From NCBI RefSeq assembly GCF_009914755.1, contig NC_060926.1: a stretch of DNA of 64,000 nucleotides. The stretch is one strand, 5' to 3'. The stretch is from the human T2T-CHM13v2.0 reference genome, Homo sapiens. Below, piece after piece: positions 1 through 14,500 of this stretch. Position 1 is the first letter of the stretch. Each line of letters starts with the position of its first letter. The position numbers and the translations under genes are program-made. The notes below the pieces were generated by a model. It made no database searches and was not told the DNA's origin. It saw only the letters and a program-made list of their open reading frames with translations.

Positions 1-19
1 CCTTACAAAGCCACCTCCA

Positions 20-110
20 ACACCATTGCCATTTTACTAATGGAGAAACCAGGCTGAAGTAGTTATCTTATCTACCAGAGGTCACAAAGTTAGAAATTGT
101 CAGGGCAGGT
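20..110 (-). mobile_element. MIR SINE fragment
   Basis: ccattttactaatggagaaaccaggct...gaggtcacaaagttagaaattgtcagggc resembles the reverse complement of the MIR core; boundaries approximate. Confidence 0.55.
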
Positions 111-508
111 ATGTCAGCTCAGCTGGAGACACAAGGTCAGAAGGAAGAAAGTGGAATGTGACCAGCATATTCATCCTGAAATCATTTGGGGAAAGATTTC
201 TATATAAAGAGAGATAATGCACAGAAACAGCATGGAATCTGCCTCTCCCTTTCTCTGTGTCTGTTACTTTCTCTCTTTCTCTTCCTCTCTGCCTCTGACC
301 TCCTGCCCCTGTCTCTTCCCTACACACACACACAGCCCTAGTGCAGTTGAAAAGGAAAAACAAACAAACAAAAAAACTGAAACAATGAGATTTTTAAGGA
401 GGAAAACCAAGCAGTATTACTGTATTACTTTTCAACTTGTTTAATTCTTGAGATCCTATCTAGTAAAGTGAGAGAGGTTAGTATGCTTTATCTAGAAAGA
501 CCATTAGT

Positions 509-800
509 GGCTGGGTGCGGTGGCTCACGCCTGAAATCCCAGCATTTTGGGAGGCCGAGGCGGGAGGTCAGAAGTTCAAGACCATCCTGCCCAACATGGT
601 GAAACCCTGTCTCTACTAAAAATACAAAAATTAGCCAGGCGTGGCAGCGGGCACCTGTAATCCCAGCTACTCAGAAGACTGAGGCAGAGAATTGCTTGAA
701 CCTAGGAGGCAGAGGTTGCGATGAACCAAGATCACACCACTTGCACTCCAGTCTGGGCAACAGAGCGAGACTCCATCTCAAAAAAAAAAAAAAAAAAAAA
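509..800 (+). mobile_element. Alu SINE, AluS-like, near full length
   Basis: Starts ggctgggtgcggtggctcacgcctg; two arms, A-rich linker, pure poly(A) tail; perfect 15-bp TSD agaaagaccattagt at 494-508 and 800-814; small deletion in left arm. Confidence 0.97.
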
Positions 801-1636
801 GAAAGACCATTAGTGATTTAATTGTAATTTTGATAGTGGGTCTACTTTTTGATTCCTTAAATATGTTAGAATTATCAGTGGTATGTATGTGATCCTACAT
901 AATGTAAAAGTCATATTTAATTAAATTAATGTAAGTGAAATAGTTCAGTTGGCTTATCTTGTTCATTTTCTCTAACTAAATATCAGCTTACACCAAAAAT
1001 TTTATTAATCACAGTAATGAGAATTTTTATATTAAATATATATATTACATTTAGTTTAAACGTTAATAGTCTACATTATTTTAATAAATTGTACTAAGGG
1101 AGTATATATGGAATAAGTCTCTCATGCAGATTTTATTGGTTGCTGCATAGTTAATAGACACTAATGTGATCAGAGCCTGGATGTGATCATAAGATCAGTA
1201 GTTAAAATGATTGAAATATAAATTAGGAGCTGGAATAATTGTTTGTTAGAAGCTCAGATAACTGTTTGGTAATGCTCAGAGGGTTGGAGAAATAAAACAT
1301 TGAAATGTGCAGCAGTAGCAGGGGAAAGAAACATTTTGAGGCAGACAAAGCCACGGCATGCTTTTCTGCTAATTGCTCCTGTCTTTCTCTCTTGCTCCAT
1401 GGAGGCCTGACGTACACCTCTGCCCTCCTTTATCTCGCCCCTCTGGATTCCTGAGTGGCCTGCTACTCCACTTCTGTCTTTCTCTGTTCCTGGCTTCTTT
1501 ACTCACAGTCTGTAAGTCCTCACTGATGATGACAAACACCATGCTATCATCTTACCATTAACATGTCTGATTCTTTGAGAACTGGTAGAAAAAGCACCCT
1601 TGTTTCTCGTGGGCTAGAATCCTCTTTCTTCTAGGT

Positions 1637-1863
1637 CAGGGTTGGCACATCTTTCCTGTCAGGGGCTCTCGTTGATGCTAAAATATTTTAAGCTTTATGG
1701 CTAATACAATTCTCATTGGAACGGTTCAACTCTACTCTTATGGGTTTAGAAAGCAGCCACTAGACAACAGTATGGAAATGGGTATGGCTGTGTGACAATA
1801 AAACTTTACAAGAGCAGACATCAAGCTGAATTTGGCCTACTTGCCATAGTTTGCCACCTCCTG
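1637..1863 (+). mobile_element. MER58A (hAT-Charlie) non-autonomous DNA transposon
   Basis: TIR-like ends cagggttggca / ttgccacctcctg; internal aaagcagccac..gacaa and ggctgtgtgacaataaaacttta match MER58A; 8-bp TSD ttctaggt (1629-1636) / ttctaagt (1864-1871). Confidence 0.88.
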
Positions 1864-2913
1864 TTCTAAGTTGTCTAATGTCCTGTTGACCCAAAGACAC
1901 ATTTAGCTTTTTCTCTTAAGGGGAAATTCTCTGTTGAAATGTCATTCTCAACAATGGGGTTATAATAAATTTCTTATACTTGTGTGTGTGCTGTGCATTC
2001 CTGACAAGGTGAAATGGGCAATTCTTAATAAAATAGAAGCAATCTACACTCCATGCCCTGATAAGCCTGGAGGTTAATTTTAAAAGAGAAAGATTGTATT
2101 TAAAAGACTAAATCAACTTTTGTGTCTTATGTAGCAATGAAGACTTTCTCCAGATTTGATGGTGAACAGGCCTAATCCTGAAGACAGACTTTTTGGGTAA
2201 TTTTGATAGTGAATTTTCCTATCTGGACTTTTGCCTTTTTCTCCTAAATTCTTGATAGAATTACCGGAAAACCATTTTTCTCTTTGTGGAGACCTTGCCT
2301 CCTCCCTATCCTCTACACTCCAATTAATTCTCCTGCCTCCTTCATCTTTTAGGAAATGTTTCTTGCTGGTTTGACTGGAAAAGTTCAGGCTTGTTTTCCA
2401 TGGGGGTTTCGGTGCACATGAGCAATGTGTCCTCTCAATCTCTTGACGACTGAGCAGACACATTAAGGCAGTTAGGGATTTCTGACAGCAATCTACATTA
2501 CACTTCAAAGTCTCTGACAGCGACTTTTGCATAAAGGGCCCCTGATTTCCTTTTCTTCCACTCAACTGGAAACTGTATAATTTTAACATAGTTTTCTCTT
2601 AATCTCTTCCCCAGATCAACTATTTCAACTTTTGACTTCAATTACTCATTTTCAATGCTTGCATGTGTTAAATTCATTAATTTCTATTAAATTCCCTTAA
2701 TTTACTCACTATGGGCAAAGCACTATGAAAGACAATGTTGATGGAGACAAAGATTTAAGATACCTTCTGCCCTTGAGGCACTAATCATTAACCTGAAATA
2801 TAAAGTTGCCTGCGGTAAGCCCTAAATGAGTGGCATAAAGGAAGTTGGTAAAGTTTAAGGGACGTAAAGGTTGTTGTTCTAGGGGCTAGAGTGTACTAGA
2901 GGAAATTTTGCTC

Positions 2914-3400
2914 TGTAGTATCCGTGCTGCTTACATGTCGAGAGTACCCAACTTGCTTTGGGGTTACCATACCTCTTTACTCTTAGCCCATTTACTCACG
3001 ATGGCACTGACTTTATTCCCAGGGGTATCTCATGTTCCAAGCCAAGATAATGCTCCCAGTCCACCCACCTGACCAAGTTGGGTTTACTAATAATCATAAA
3101 ACCCTAACCTGGATCTCAAATTTTTTCTTTGTGCCACCCAAGAGGCAGTTTCCCTCTTCTGTTATACTGGGTTTTTGTGACAAAGGAGTCTTGAAGCTAT
3201 TGTGGGCCACCATGCAGATCCTCAAATATAGCCAACACAAAGCAGACCGGTGAGGACCTGAGTCCTGCTGACATAATTTCAGGTCTACATTAGTCTGGAA
3301 CTGAAGCTAAACCAGACTCTTCATCTTCCTGAGCCATATATCTTTTAGCTTAAGCCAGTTTAAGTTGAGGTTTCTGCTACTTGCAACAGAAATGTTGATA
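2914..3400 (+). mobile_element. Old ERVL/MaLR-type LTR relic (LTR16/MLT1-like)
   Basis: 3' end ttttagcttaagccagtttaagttgaggtttctgctacttgcaacagaa is typical of LTR16/MLT1J-K termini; 5' boundary and subfamily uncertain. Confidence 0.55.
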
Positions 3401-3879
3401 AAGCATATGGCAGTGGGACTTGGACTTGAATGAGGAGAGTATCTTCACAGGTAAGGATGGGATCATGGCTTCCAAACATTTTTATTTACCTACAAACTTC
3501 TGTATCTTACAGTGTTGAATACAGTTTTCAAGTTGGGTTAAAATACTGATTCAAAAGATGCTGGAGTTGGAAGCACTCTCTGTGTTCGTCACATTGCCCG
3601 CAGACACTTACATCATTGTAGGAATAAAAAATAATCAAAACTGGAAAGGGCATGTCTGAGCATTTTAACATATTTCCTGCTGGAACCCACTCACATTCCC
3701 TGGTGGCATCTCCACTGGCAATATACATTGCACTTCAAAGTCTCTATAGTTGGCTTACTTTTTCACCTGGCATTTCTGGGCGTCCAACCTCATGGGGTTT
3801 CTTAGCAGAAAATTGCTATTTTTATCCCTCTGTGGATGTATGAGAGGAGAGAAGAAAATTAACATTTTTGAAAATCCAC

Positions 3880-4080
3880 TATGTATCTCAAGTTATAAAG
3901 TATCTCATTTAATGTTTGCCATAACTCTAAACAGAAATTACTATTATTCTCTTTAATGATGAAGAAAGACTTGAAGGGCTTATTTAACTTAGCAAGATTG
4001 CATAGCAAGTCCACTGAAAGATCAGGATTTGAATCTAGGTACTGTTGACTCCAAAGCCCTTACTGATTGCTTTACATCAT
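3880..4080 (-). mobile_element. MIR SINE
   Basis: gatgaagaaa..ttatttaacttagcaagattgcatagc..caggatttgaatctaggt..gactccaaagccc is the reverse complement of the MIR core and head. Confidence 0.65.
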
Positions 4081-4844
4081 GCTGATAGCATTTTCTACAT
4101 TATCCCTGGCTAATAAGCCATACTCTAGCTTCAACTTCTACCCATTGCCTATGGTAGAGGAGGTGGGGAAAGATCAAGGAAGAATTTCTCTGGTTTGGCT
4201 CCTCTGTTGCCCTTAGTGGGGCTAGGTCATTACTGTGGCCCAGTGTCCAAGCTCTTTTCTGCAGCTTCCAGGGGCATCATTGTCTTTGGGGGCAGTTGAT
4301 TTACATCCCTCATGATTGGTGGTGATGCCTTAAGACTGAGAGTGTAGTGTAGTGGTTGTGACTTTTGGCTGCTGTGAGTCTCTGCAGCTTCTGCTATTAG
4401 CAGCAGCAGCTGCTGGGGAGGGGTAAAGGAGGTCTCCAGCACTTGTCACCTCTTCAGGCACTTCCGGGCCCCTCACAGCTGGACAGCCCAGATTCTATCA
4501 ACACTCTTTAGAGTGCTGTTCACAGCTGGATTCTTGGTCAGCTCTGACGCTGCACAGCTTTTTCAAATAACACTACTTCCAAAGACTATGTTCAAAGTCA
4601 GCACTTTTACTCTCCCCGTTGACACCAGCCTTATATTGAGACACTGTCCCTTAACTAGCAAACCTGAAGGACCCAGTGCACCCACTCAGCAGAGCCCAAG
4701 TGTAGGTATCCACGCAAGTCAGCAATTGTCTCTAATTCCTCCAACTTCATTAATCACACAGACCAAACTCCAAGATCAGTCCTGAAAGTCCAGCCATTTG
4801 CAAGGATAGACAAATAAACTAAAGTTCAGTGGCTAATTTCCTAG

Positions 4845-5425
4845 ACTTGGAATAGGAGGGCTCTGGATTTGAATCCAAGTTCTGCCACCTAATAACCGTG
4901 TTATTACTAGACTTCTCTGGAGATTATTACTCTCATGCACAAAATGGGAATAAGTCTCACTCATATGGTTAGGCTTTGTGTCCTCACCAAATCTCCTCTT
5001 GAATTGTTATCCCCAGGTGTTGAGGGAGAGACTTGGTGGGAGGTGATTGGATCATGAGGGGGGGTTTCCCCCATGCTGTTCTCATGATAGTGACTGAGTT
5101 GTCATGAGATCTGATGGTTTTATAAGGGGCTCTTCCTCGCTTCTCTCTCTTGCTCACTCTCTCTCCTGCCACCTTGTGAAGAAGGTGCCTGCTTTCCCTT
5201 CTGCCATGATTGTAAGTTTCTGGAGTCCTCTCCAGCCATGTGGACCTGTGAGTCAGTTACAGCTTCTTTGTTTATAAATTGCCCAGTCTTGGGTAGTATC
5301 TTTATAGCAGTGTGAGAACAGACTAATACATCTATTTCATGGGGTTTTTGTGAATATTAAATAAAAAAAGTAAAGGTGCTTAGTATTAATACACAGTATG
5401 TACTTGGAACATAGTAACTATTACT
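4845..5425 (+). mobile_element. MIR SINE split by a THE1D LTR insertion
   Basis: 5' half ggatttgaatccaagttctgccacc...aaaatgggaataa before 4961; 3' half tttcatggggtttttgtgaatattaaat..gtgcttagt after 5330. Confidence 0.65.
4961..5330 (+). mobile_element. THE1D-like MaLR solo LTR
   Basis: Begins tcatatggttaggctttgtgtcctcaccaaatctc, contains catgctgttctcatgatagtg and ctgccatgattgtaagttt, ends ctttatagcagtgtgagaacagactaataca; 370 bp. Confidence 0.93.
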
Positions 5426-6899
5426 GCCGGATATTCTTGGTTCTACTATTATCTCTTCATCTTCACTTGGAACCTATTTCTTTAGATAATAAAAATACAA
5501 AGGATCTTATGACTATGATGAATTTTAGTATTTTGCACCTCAACTTTCCAGATGTGGGGGGAAAAGAATCTCTAATACTCTAGGATGTATCCTGAAGATA
5601 TCCCTGTATTTAGTTGTTGAAACCAAACAACTTCGCCTCAAGTGACTCAACTATCTACTGTTATAGTGCAACTTACTCTGGGAGGGTTGGAGCTCACACT
5701 CTGGAAGGTAGGACTTGCAAAGATGGATGAGTTTCAGGGCCAGTGATTAATGCTTTTTGCTCTGCTTTGCAAAGTCCACGGGTCCTCAAAGGGATGTCAA
5801 GACCTTTTACCCAAGCCCCATTTGCTCTACAGGCAGATAATTACTTTTAGAATAACGTTTTGTTTTTGTTTTTGTTTTTAAATTGGGTCCTATAGTCTTG
5901 AGTTTTCTGAAAGATTTTCTGCTGTGCAGGATTTCTTAAATCAGAAGTAAGAAAGTCATGTCATCCATATTGCTGAGTAAGAAGGAATCTTAATTCTATG
6001 CTCACAGCTTTCTTTGATAGGAGTGGGGCAGGTATAAGCATATCTGGAAGGGAAGAAGTTGGCAAGATTCCTCAAGATCTTGGAGATTCTATCATCCTAT
6101 ATCTCTCTTAGGTTTGATTTTAAACTTGCTTTGGGTTGACATGGAACTATCATCTGAAGAGCTCTGTTAAAATAAAGCCTCTTTCCAGAAGGCAGGCAGC
6201 ATCTCTGCTCACATTCTTTACCTTGGAATTATGTTGTCTTTGGCAGTCAAATACCAGGCTTACTAGCATGTTCTGGTACTGAAGACCCTTCTGTGGTTTT
6301 CAGTTGAATACAGTAGAACTGTGGGATGGCTAATACTTTTAGGATAGTAGAATTGAAGCAGAGAAAGAGCACATTGATTGATCCTCTGCTGAAAATGGGA
6401 TGCATAGGTTGAATGAAAGGGAGAGTTACCTAATGGGTCCAACTGTGTTATAGATAATTCTAAGTCTGGAAAGAAACACAAAGCTCAGTTTTTTACTTAA
6501 GGAACTTATGTTTGTGTTGGCAAGGGAAGGCTAAGGCACATGAAGCAACAGGCTAGATGAGGGAGTGTTTGATTAAGTGACAACCAAATGGTACAGACAG
6601 AAAGTGCTCCAGGGGCCGGCCTTTGGAGAGATGGCAGAGACAGCCAAGTGTTGACAGGTTTGCAGTGATCTGATGCGTTTGTGAGATGCTTGCCCAGGGT
6701 TACAGATGCAGTTGTGACTGCGAACATGGCAGATTCCAAAAATCACATTTCAGTGACGATTTCATTTTTCTCAAGTCCCAAGTCCCTGTTGATTGAGGAA
6801 ATCACTTTGGAAACATTTCAAGGTCACAGGACAGTATTTTGTGCTTTCTAAGAAGCTATTTAGCTGATAATTTCAACAGTTCTCAAGCTCTAGTAGACA

Positions 6900-7085
6900 T
6901 CTAAATTTCTAAATGCATGAGACCAGAATCTGCCTTACTGCCAGTTACTAACCACATGACCTCAAGCTTGTAAACCTTTTAAGTTTTCCTTACTCTGCTG
7001 GATGGGGGTGACAGTACCATCCTCACAGGGTTGTTATGAGGCTCATAGGAAGATAATGCATACAAAGTGCTTGGCACATGGAAGG
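6900..7085 (+). mobile_element. MIR SINE
   Basis: ctgccagttactaaccacatgacctcaagc...cctcacagggttgttatgagg..gataatgcatacaaagtgcttggcaca matches MIR. Confidence 0.7.
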
Positions 7086-7149
7086 GGTTTTGGGGCAAGA
7101 CAGGTTTATCATGGTCACTAGTGGACTGGAAAGAAACACCTTTGACGTG

Positions 7150-7330
7150 AATATAAAATCAGAGAATGTGGAATCAGCAAGGTATCATAGTGGTCACTTG
7201 GGCCAAATCTTCATTTCATAGCTGAGGAAACAAAGGCTAAGATAAACTAAATTATTTGCTCAATATTTCAGAGCCAACCAGCAATACAGCTGGACAAACA
7301 ACCATGTCTCTTAACTGGCATTCCATATAT
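7150..7330 (-). mobile_element. MIR/MIR3 SINE
   Basis: tcatttcatagctgaggaaacaaaggctaag..atttgctcaa is the reverse complement of the MIR core. Confidence 0.55.
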
Positions 7331-10089
7331 TTCTCTATCACATGACTGCCTACACTGGATGGGTATGACAAGTCACTGAGTCCAGCAACTCTTTTCCTTC
7401 CTTCTGCCTCTTTCTTTCACTGTCTTCATCCAGTACCATCAATACCTACTCTGTGTGAGATTGAAAAGTAAACAAGATGCAGTTCTTGCTGTCAAGGAAT
7501 TGATACCATAGACAATCTAGCTGCTCTTACAGTTCTCAGATTCACTTGGGGAAGGGGGTGAATGAGGAGACGGTCTGACATGGACATTGAAGCTCAAAGG
7601 GAGAGACAAACCAGTGGAGTTGTTCAAGTTGGGGTCTAAGGGGAGGAAGATTGAGCTCACATCCTTCCCTTAACCTTGAGCACATTACTGAACCGCTATT
7701 TATGCATAAAACAGGGTTGATAATAATATCTACTTTCTAGTGTTGTGCAGATAAATGAGGATGTACTACAATGCTTGGCATGTAACAAGCATTCTGTCAA
7801 TGTTAGCTGCATTTACACAGAAAAGGCACCAGTGGCATTGTGTAGGAGACAGCAGAATACTAAAAACAGAATCATGGAATCATGAGAAGGGATGTCTAAT
7901 GCCAAGTAGTAACCCTATTTCAACCCTTGGAGGAAAGTCCTTGTCAACAGTGATTTCTTTGCTTTTGGAGAGTGGCCCCAAGATATTGCACCACTCAGAA
8001 GACTCAAAGTTACTAAAGCCTTTTTCTAAAGAATGAACTTGTTCACCCTCTCAACTTGGCACCCCACAGGCAGATGTAGCTCAACAATATGGGACCACCT
8101 GAATCTTCTTGGCAAGTCAAGTTGATCTGGACTCCTTAAAAAATATATTTTTGTCCCATGATCTTTTCTTAAATCAGTTTCTGTTCAGCAGCTTCATCTG
8201 GGTACCTTAGCTCCCCTTGTTCCTTCCAGACGTATTTCAGATACATTTTTTAATCAGCCCTATTATTGCACAGTCTTTTCAGACTTTCTCTCAATGTAAT
8301 AAGAATACCCACCATTTCCTTTTACAGTGATTTATGACTTTATTAAGGCTCCTAGATTTCTGTTCAGATTTCTAATCTGTTGACTTGGGTTATTTTGTAT
8401 GATTTAATTATCGTCAGAGGTTTTGCTAAAGGTAGAGACACCTGAATTTAATTAATGCACTGTTTGCATATTTCACATCATAAATAATGATGCTCAGTAA
8501 ATTACATCTTAATACTAATCCCGAAGTACTCTTTATAAAATCTCCCCGTATTTAAAGCCCTGCCATTGATCAAATCCTTGTCGATGGCACTTAACATCTA
8601 AATTTTTCCCAGGACCTTTTTGACCACTAGGATGTCTCTTTTCTTTTACTTAATTATATAATAGTTATATCCAGAACTTTTAAAAGTTGATTGGTAAAGA
8701 TGGAGAGCACGGAAAGCAACACAATTTGATTTCTTCTCTGAGGTTTTCTTCTCCAGACATACAAATACTAAGAATCTAGTGGGGGTGTCAGGAGCTAGTT
8801 CACATATTTCTAATTTCTTAATTGCGAATAAAGACAAAGATTGCTGTGGGTTATGGTGAAGTTCATAGGCCACTGTCCAGAATACAGTTCCTTCAAACTG
8901 TGCAATTCAAAGTCACCACTTTAATAAATTATTTCAATTTTACTTTCATCAAAGAGGTAAAAAGCCAAAGCCTTTTAGCATCTCATTTCACTTATACATA
9001 TAGCCCATTATAACCTGCATAAACAAGGATGACAAGTTGAGATTAATGAGAGTCCCCAAGTGACAGAACAATTTAATTGTCAGAAATCATAGGAGCTGAA
9101 CTTTACCAGTGTATTTATATAAAACAGCCATAGTCTAAAAACTTCCCTAATTGATTATGACCAATAAGTAATCGCTTGGAAAGCAGTTTTCTGGTATACA
9201 AATAACAAATGACTCATAATAGTTAATTGAGGTATTAAGATGCATAAGGGAAGAATATTAGATTGACTAGATAAATGATTCATAATGCTAGGCAAATAAT
9301 TGGTGAGTTCATACTCTTAAGTAGAATATAGCTCATAAGCAACACTGAAAGTACATCAAATAAAGGGAACTGTGTTTGCTAAATGAACTCCCAGCTAATT
9401 GGGTATTATAGCTATTGTACTCCAGACTCCAGTGGATCCTTGCTTTCAGGCAAAGCAGCCCTCTTATAGATCTGTCTAAGCTAGAATTCTTAGCTTGGAT
9501 CCTGCAGGCCTTGCAACGTGAGGGTGAGGTTGGAGGGTGGAAGTGGTGGGTGGAGCAGCCAGACACATGTAGAAAGTGGATTGCATTGTGGCTGAGCTGA
9601 TAATATGGCACCCAACCCTAAATTTCAAGGCTAGGTCTCTGAGTGGCCAGGGGCCCAGTGTTCAGGGGTCCAGAGCAACTGTTGTGCTGTCCCTTTTATC
9701 GCTCCTCCTGTTCTGGGTTGACCTTACTAGAAGGTGGCAGTAGCTGCTTTCTGTGATAGAACTTTGAGAATCCTCTGCACCTAAATATATCTCTACCTCA
9801 GTTTGTGCTAGATTGTTCTCCATCTCAAATCCCAGATGTTTAATGCCTTGGCTTTTGAGAGTATCTCAGATGGATATAATTAACAGTTTGCAGAGATGAA
9901 AGCAAGTCCCTGCCAATAGGAAATGTAGGAGATGCTGGGAGGGGACGCATGAGAGCATCGGAAACTGAGGAAGAGAGTGAGATAGTCAAAGGGAAAATTT
10001 TCTTAATTCATGACTTTGCAAGTGGTCGTCTCAGACCATACGTCCCAGTCCCAGACTTACCATACCCCAGCCCCTATTTCAACTTTCAC

Positions 10090-10216
10090 CAAAAGAAAAA
10101 AGAAGAGAAGAGGGAAGGAAATAAGAGGGAAAAGATGGAGAAATGGGGGAAGAAGAGGGACAGGAAGGGAAGGAGAAGAAAGAGAAAAAGGAGAGGAATG
10201 AGAGAAGGTAAAGAAG
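10090..10216. repeat. Purine-rich (GA) low-complexity tract
   Basis: About 125 bp almost entirely A/G on the + strand. Confidence 0.85.
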
Positions 10217-10244
10217 TAATTAAGTAATTTATTAACTAAATAAT

Positions 10245-10445
10245 TAAGAGTATAGGTTCTAGAACTACTGCATTGTGATTGTGGGCAAATCACTTAACTG
10301 TTTTGTGTCTCAGTATTTTATCTGTAAAATGGGGTGATAGTAGGTCCTCCCTTGTAGTGACTTTGGTTATTAAATGAGTTCATACAATATAAAGTTCTTA
10401 GAGCAGTTCCTGGCACAAAGCAGTCAATGAGCAATAGCAATTGTC
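10245..10445 (+). mobile_element. MIR SINE
   Basis: gtgggcaaatcacttaactg..tctcagtattttatctgtaaaatgggg..attaaatgag..cctggcaca matches MIR. Confidence 0.75.
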
Positions 10446-10587
10446 ATTTCTAAGCATTTTTTCATACATGCCAGGCACTGGTATCTAACCTTCAGTGGGT
10501 TACGTAATTTTATCAATGTAACAGCAAAAATGAAGTGGCTGAAACCAAGCTTTCAAATGCCAGGTTATTTTGTTGTTGTTGTTGTGT

Positions 10588-11110
10588 TTTTTAAATTTTT
10601 AATTTGGGGGTACATAGTAGATGTATATATTTATGAGGTAAATGAGATGTTCACAATGAGTAATAGTCACATCAGGGTAAATGAGGTATCCATCACCTCA
10701 AGCATTTATTCTTTCTTTGTGCTATGAATGTTCCAGTTTCATTCTTTTATTTTGAAATTCACAACAAATTATTGTTAACTACAGTTGCCTTATTGTGCTA
10801 CTGAACACTAGGTCTTATTCACTCTTTCTAACTATATTTTTGTACCCATTAACCATCCCCACTTCCCTGCATTCCCTGACCCCCAACTAACCTTCCGTGT
10901 CTCTGGTAACCATCATTCTACTCTGTCTTCATGAGTTCAATTGTTTTAAATTTTAGTTCCCACAAATAAGTGAGAACATGTAAGTTTGTCTCTCCATACC
11001 TGGCTTATTTCACTTATCATAATGACCTCCATTTCCATCCATGTTGTTGCGAATGACAGAATCTCAGTTTTTTTTAATGACTGAATAGTACTCCATTATG
11101 TATACGTACT
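10588..11110 (-). mobile_element. L1 3' end fragment (L1MA2-4-like)
   Basis: ggtacatagtagatgtatatatttatgaggta, tatccatcacctcaagcatttat, cccacaaataagtgagaacatg and cctggcttatttcactta are L1MA 3'UTR hallmarks in reverse orientation. Confidence 0.88.
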
Positions 11111-11762
11111 CTTTATATCCGCAAAATGGGATTTTAAAATCCTATTTTAAAAAAATTATCTTCTGCTGATTGTACACTGATGGGAAACTTCTCCAGGAGC
11201 AAACTTGATATTCCCCCTTGGCTTCATCTTAGTTAATTTAAAAATAATAACATCTTTATTTAATTCAGGGGAGAGATAAGCAGTATTTGTTATGTGAATA
11301 CAAAATATGTGACCAACACTATTGTAGGTAGATGATGCCTTTCCTGATTTAATCCCCACCAAAACTTTGAGCAATAGAAGATATTCTCTTTTTATTTTGA
11401 AAATGAGAAGGTGAATTTGGTCAAGATTAAGTGACCAAACTCTGTGCTTTGTACTCCTCCCCACTGGGGCCTCCTCATTCCCAATTTTGCCTAACATATA
11501 TTCTGGCACAGAAGTGAGCACTGAATAAATGCCAGTAGAATTAAATTCTACAAATGCTTGAGTTACGCTTCATGGTTAATGGGTGAATACATTTATATAG
11601 AATAACACTTTTCCATTCTCCCAACTAGAACACCAACACTCAGTGCCTGATGGTGGTTTGGGAGCATTAGTTAGAATAGGAGACTGTACTTACATACATA
11701 CTTATTTTAACTGTAAAGTTAAATTGATATATTTAATGCACAGCTATAATATGAATATATTG

Positions 11763-11823
11763 TAGCTATAATATTGGGTACATATGTGTACATAGCTATA
11801 ATATTGAGTACATATATGTACTC
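11763..11823. repeat. 30-bp tandem duplication, two copies
   Basis: tagctataatattgggtacatatgtgtaca / tagctataatattgagtacatatatgtact. Confidence 0.85.
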
Positions 11824-11999
11824 CCAATTATCTGGGAGTTCACTAAGCAGTACAATAAATACATTAATAAACATAAAGAAAATCTTTATGGATTTTAGTA
11901 CAACTTGTGAATTTAGAAACAGGTTGTGACTCTCCTCTGGGAAAATTCCTATGATGACCTCTCATGTTCCTTGGGGCAATGAGCCTCAGTTCTTAGAGG

Positions 12000-12735
<736 letters not shown>

Positions 12736-14304
12736 AGGGTAACTTAACTTTTTCTCAGATAATTCAGTATTTATAAGAAAGTTTAAGAAATGCTTTTGAT
12801 TAAACTATTCTCATTATCTTAAAGTTAATAACGATCAACTCTAGATCTTTTTAAAAACTGTGCTCATTTTATTATCTGTCCTGCCTTCCTAATTTTCACC
12901 TAAAGATGTAAAACTAAATATACTATTTGTTCACTTTGCAAGTACAAAAAAAAACTCAAATATGAAAAATTTGACTTCTAATTTTTGGTGACTGTCAGAT
13001 GCAAAGAGAATGTGCTGCCATCTTCCTCTGTCCCACTTGTTTTCACACACAAGGCAATCCAAGCACTAAGTTGCCATTTGTGTGCTCAGGACTGCTCTGC
13101 TGATAAGTGGTTGGGATTTGGAAGAGACACCTAAATACCGATGGTTGACCTCCCAGCACATTCTTGTTGGACTCTATCACACTACCCTATCAACCTGGTT
13201 AGTGTGTTATGCATGTCACTCTACTAGTGACAATAGGGGAATTTATTCCTTAAATCTCATGAATGTCTTTTCTCCTTCTTCTCTTCTTATATCATCTCCC
13301 AGACAAAGCTGGAGTTCAGGTGAACTGCAAAGTGGTGTGAGAGCTCCTGCTATGGTGGTCCAGCTCTCATCTGGCACTTCTGCTTGATAAGCTCAGAGCA
13401 GTTCTTTTAGACTGCCTCTTGTAGGCACGCTTGAAAAACAACCCAGTTAGCATTCCCCTAGCCTTCATCTATGATTTCACTGGGAAACTATGCATTAGAT
13501 ACTTTGGAAATAAATATACACAAGAAATTACAACTCAGTTTGAATGACCCTCTACCTTGGAATGTCTAGAACTGTGAGTTATAAGGCCAAGAAATATGTC
13601 CAGGCCTGCTGGCTCAAAAAGTTGCTATTCCTTATATGGAATCTGGACAGACAGGGAAGCTGAAGTTGTATAAACTAAACGGAGATTTTTTTTTTTCCCA
13701 GCCACTTACGTGCCTCATCCTTGACCTATTTCATTTATAGGTTCCTTTAAGATATGATGCCTTGAGAGTTCGTTGCCTTCTTGCCAGTCTTCCAACAACA
13801 ATTTTAAGAACAGCCAGTGCTTTACATGGACTTTAATTATATTGGAAAATCCAAGGAAAGGACCAGAAAGGCCATGAGTGTGGTGATGCAATTATATCAG
13901 TAGAAGGTTAGACCTGCTAACAGTGAGGGGATCCGGCTAGAGCAACCCAAGTACAGTCGATTCATTACTGTTGGAAATTTTTAAATGCAGACATTCAGAA
14001 ATGTTTAGTCTGGTTTTCAGTAAGGAAGAAGGGCAAGTAGATTCAAACAAGGACCCGCATGCTGCACAATAAGTACTTTTTTTACTCTATTTCCTTGATA
14101 ATGGAGAAAATGAAACAACAAGCTATGAACTTAAAGCTAGAAGGAGAAATTCTATTCTTTAATAGGAGTAGTTATTTTTTCTTACACAATCTAGAATAGG
14201 GACATTTCGCAATCTTGGCTTACACAGAATATTTTAAAGTAAGTAATTCAGAACACTCAAAGTACGTTTGCTTTCGCTAATCCTTGTCAGCAGTTCTGAA
14301 GTCT

Positions 14305-14500
14305 TTCTAGGTTCAAATCCCAGCTATACCATTAACCAGGATAAGTTTCTTACGCTCTCTAAACTTCAGTTTTCTCACTTAGAAAATGAGGATTAAAAAT
14401 AGTACCTACTGTACAGAATAGTTGGAAGAGTTTAAGAAGTTAAGACAACATAAATAAGAGACTGATGAGTACTTAGTGTCGCATAAATAGAAACAATTAT
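14305..14500 (+). mobile_element. MIR SINE
   Basis: ctaggttcaaatcccagct..ttcagttttctcact.agaaaatgaggatt..aatagtacctac matches MIR. Confidence 0.72.

Noticed and set aside
2113-2589. Longest non-repeat ORF (158 aa)
   Set aside because: No recognisable domain or coding signature; consistent with a chance ORF.
7860-8290. Possible reverse L3/CR1 relic
   Set aside because: Similarity too weak to call by eye.
9727-9742. CTCF-like ctagaaggtggcagta
   Set aside because: A 12/14 match, but it mismatches a near-invariant C; not supportable without ChIP data.
9949-10293. K/R/E-rich and P/L/F-rich overlapping ORFs
   Set aside because: Translation artefacts of the purine-rich tract.
13630-13639. Isolated CArG box ccttatatgg, and scattered AP-1 TGA(C/G)TCA sites
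   Set aside because: Several such motifs are expected by chance in 64 kb, and there is no supporting context.
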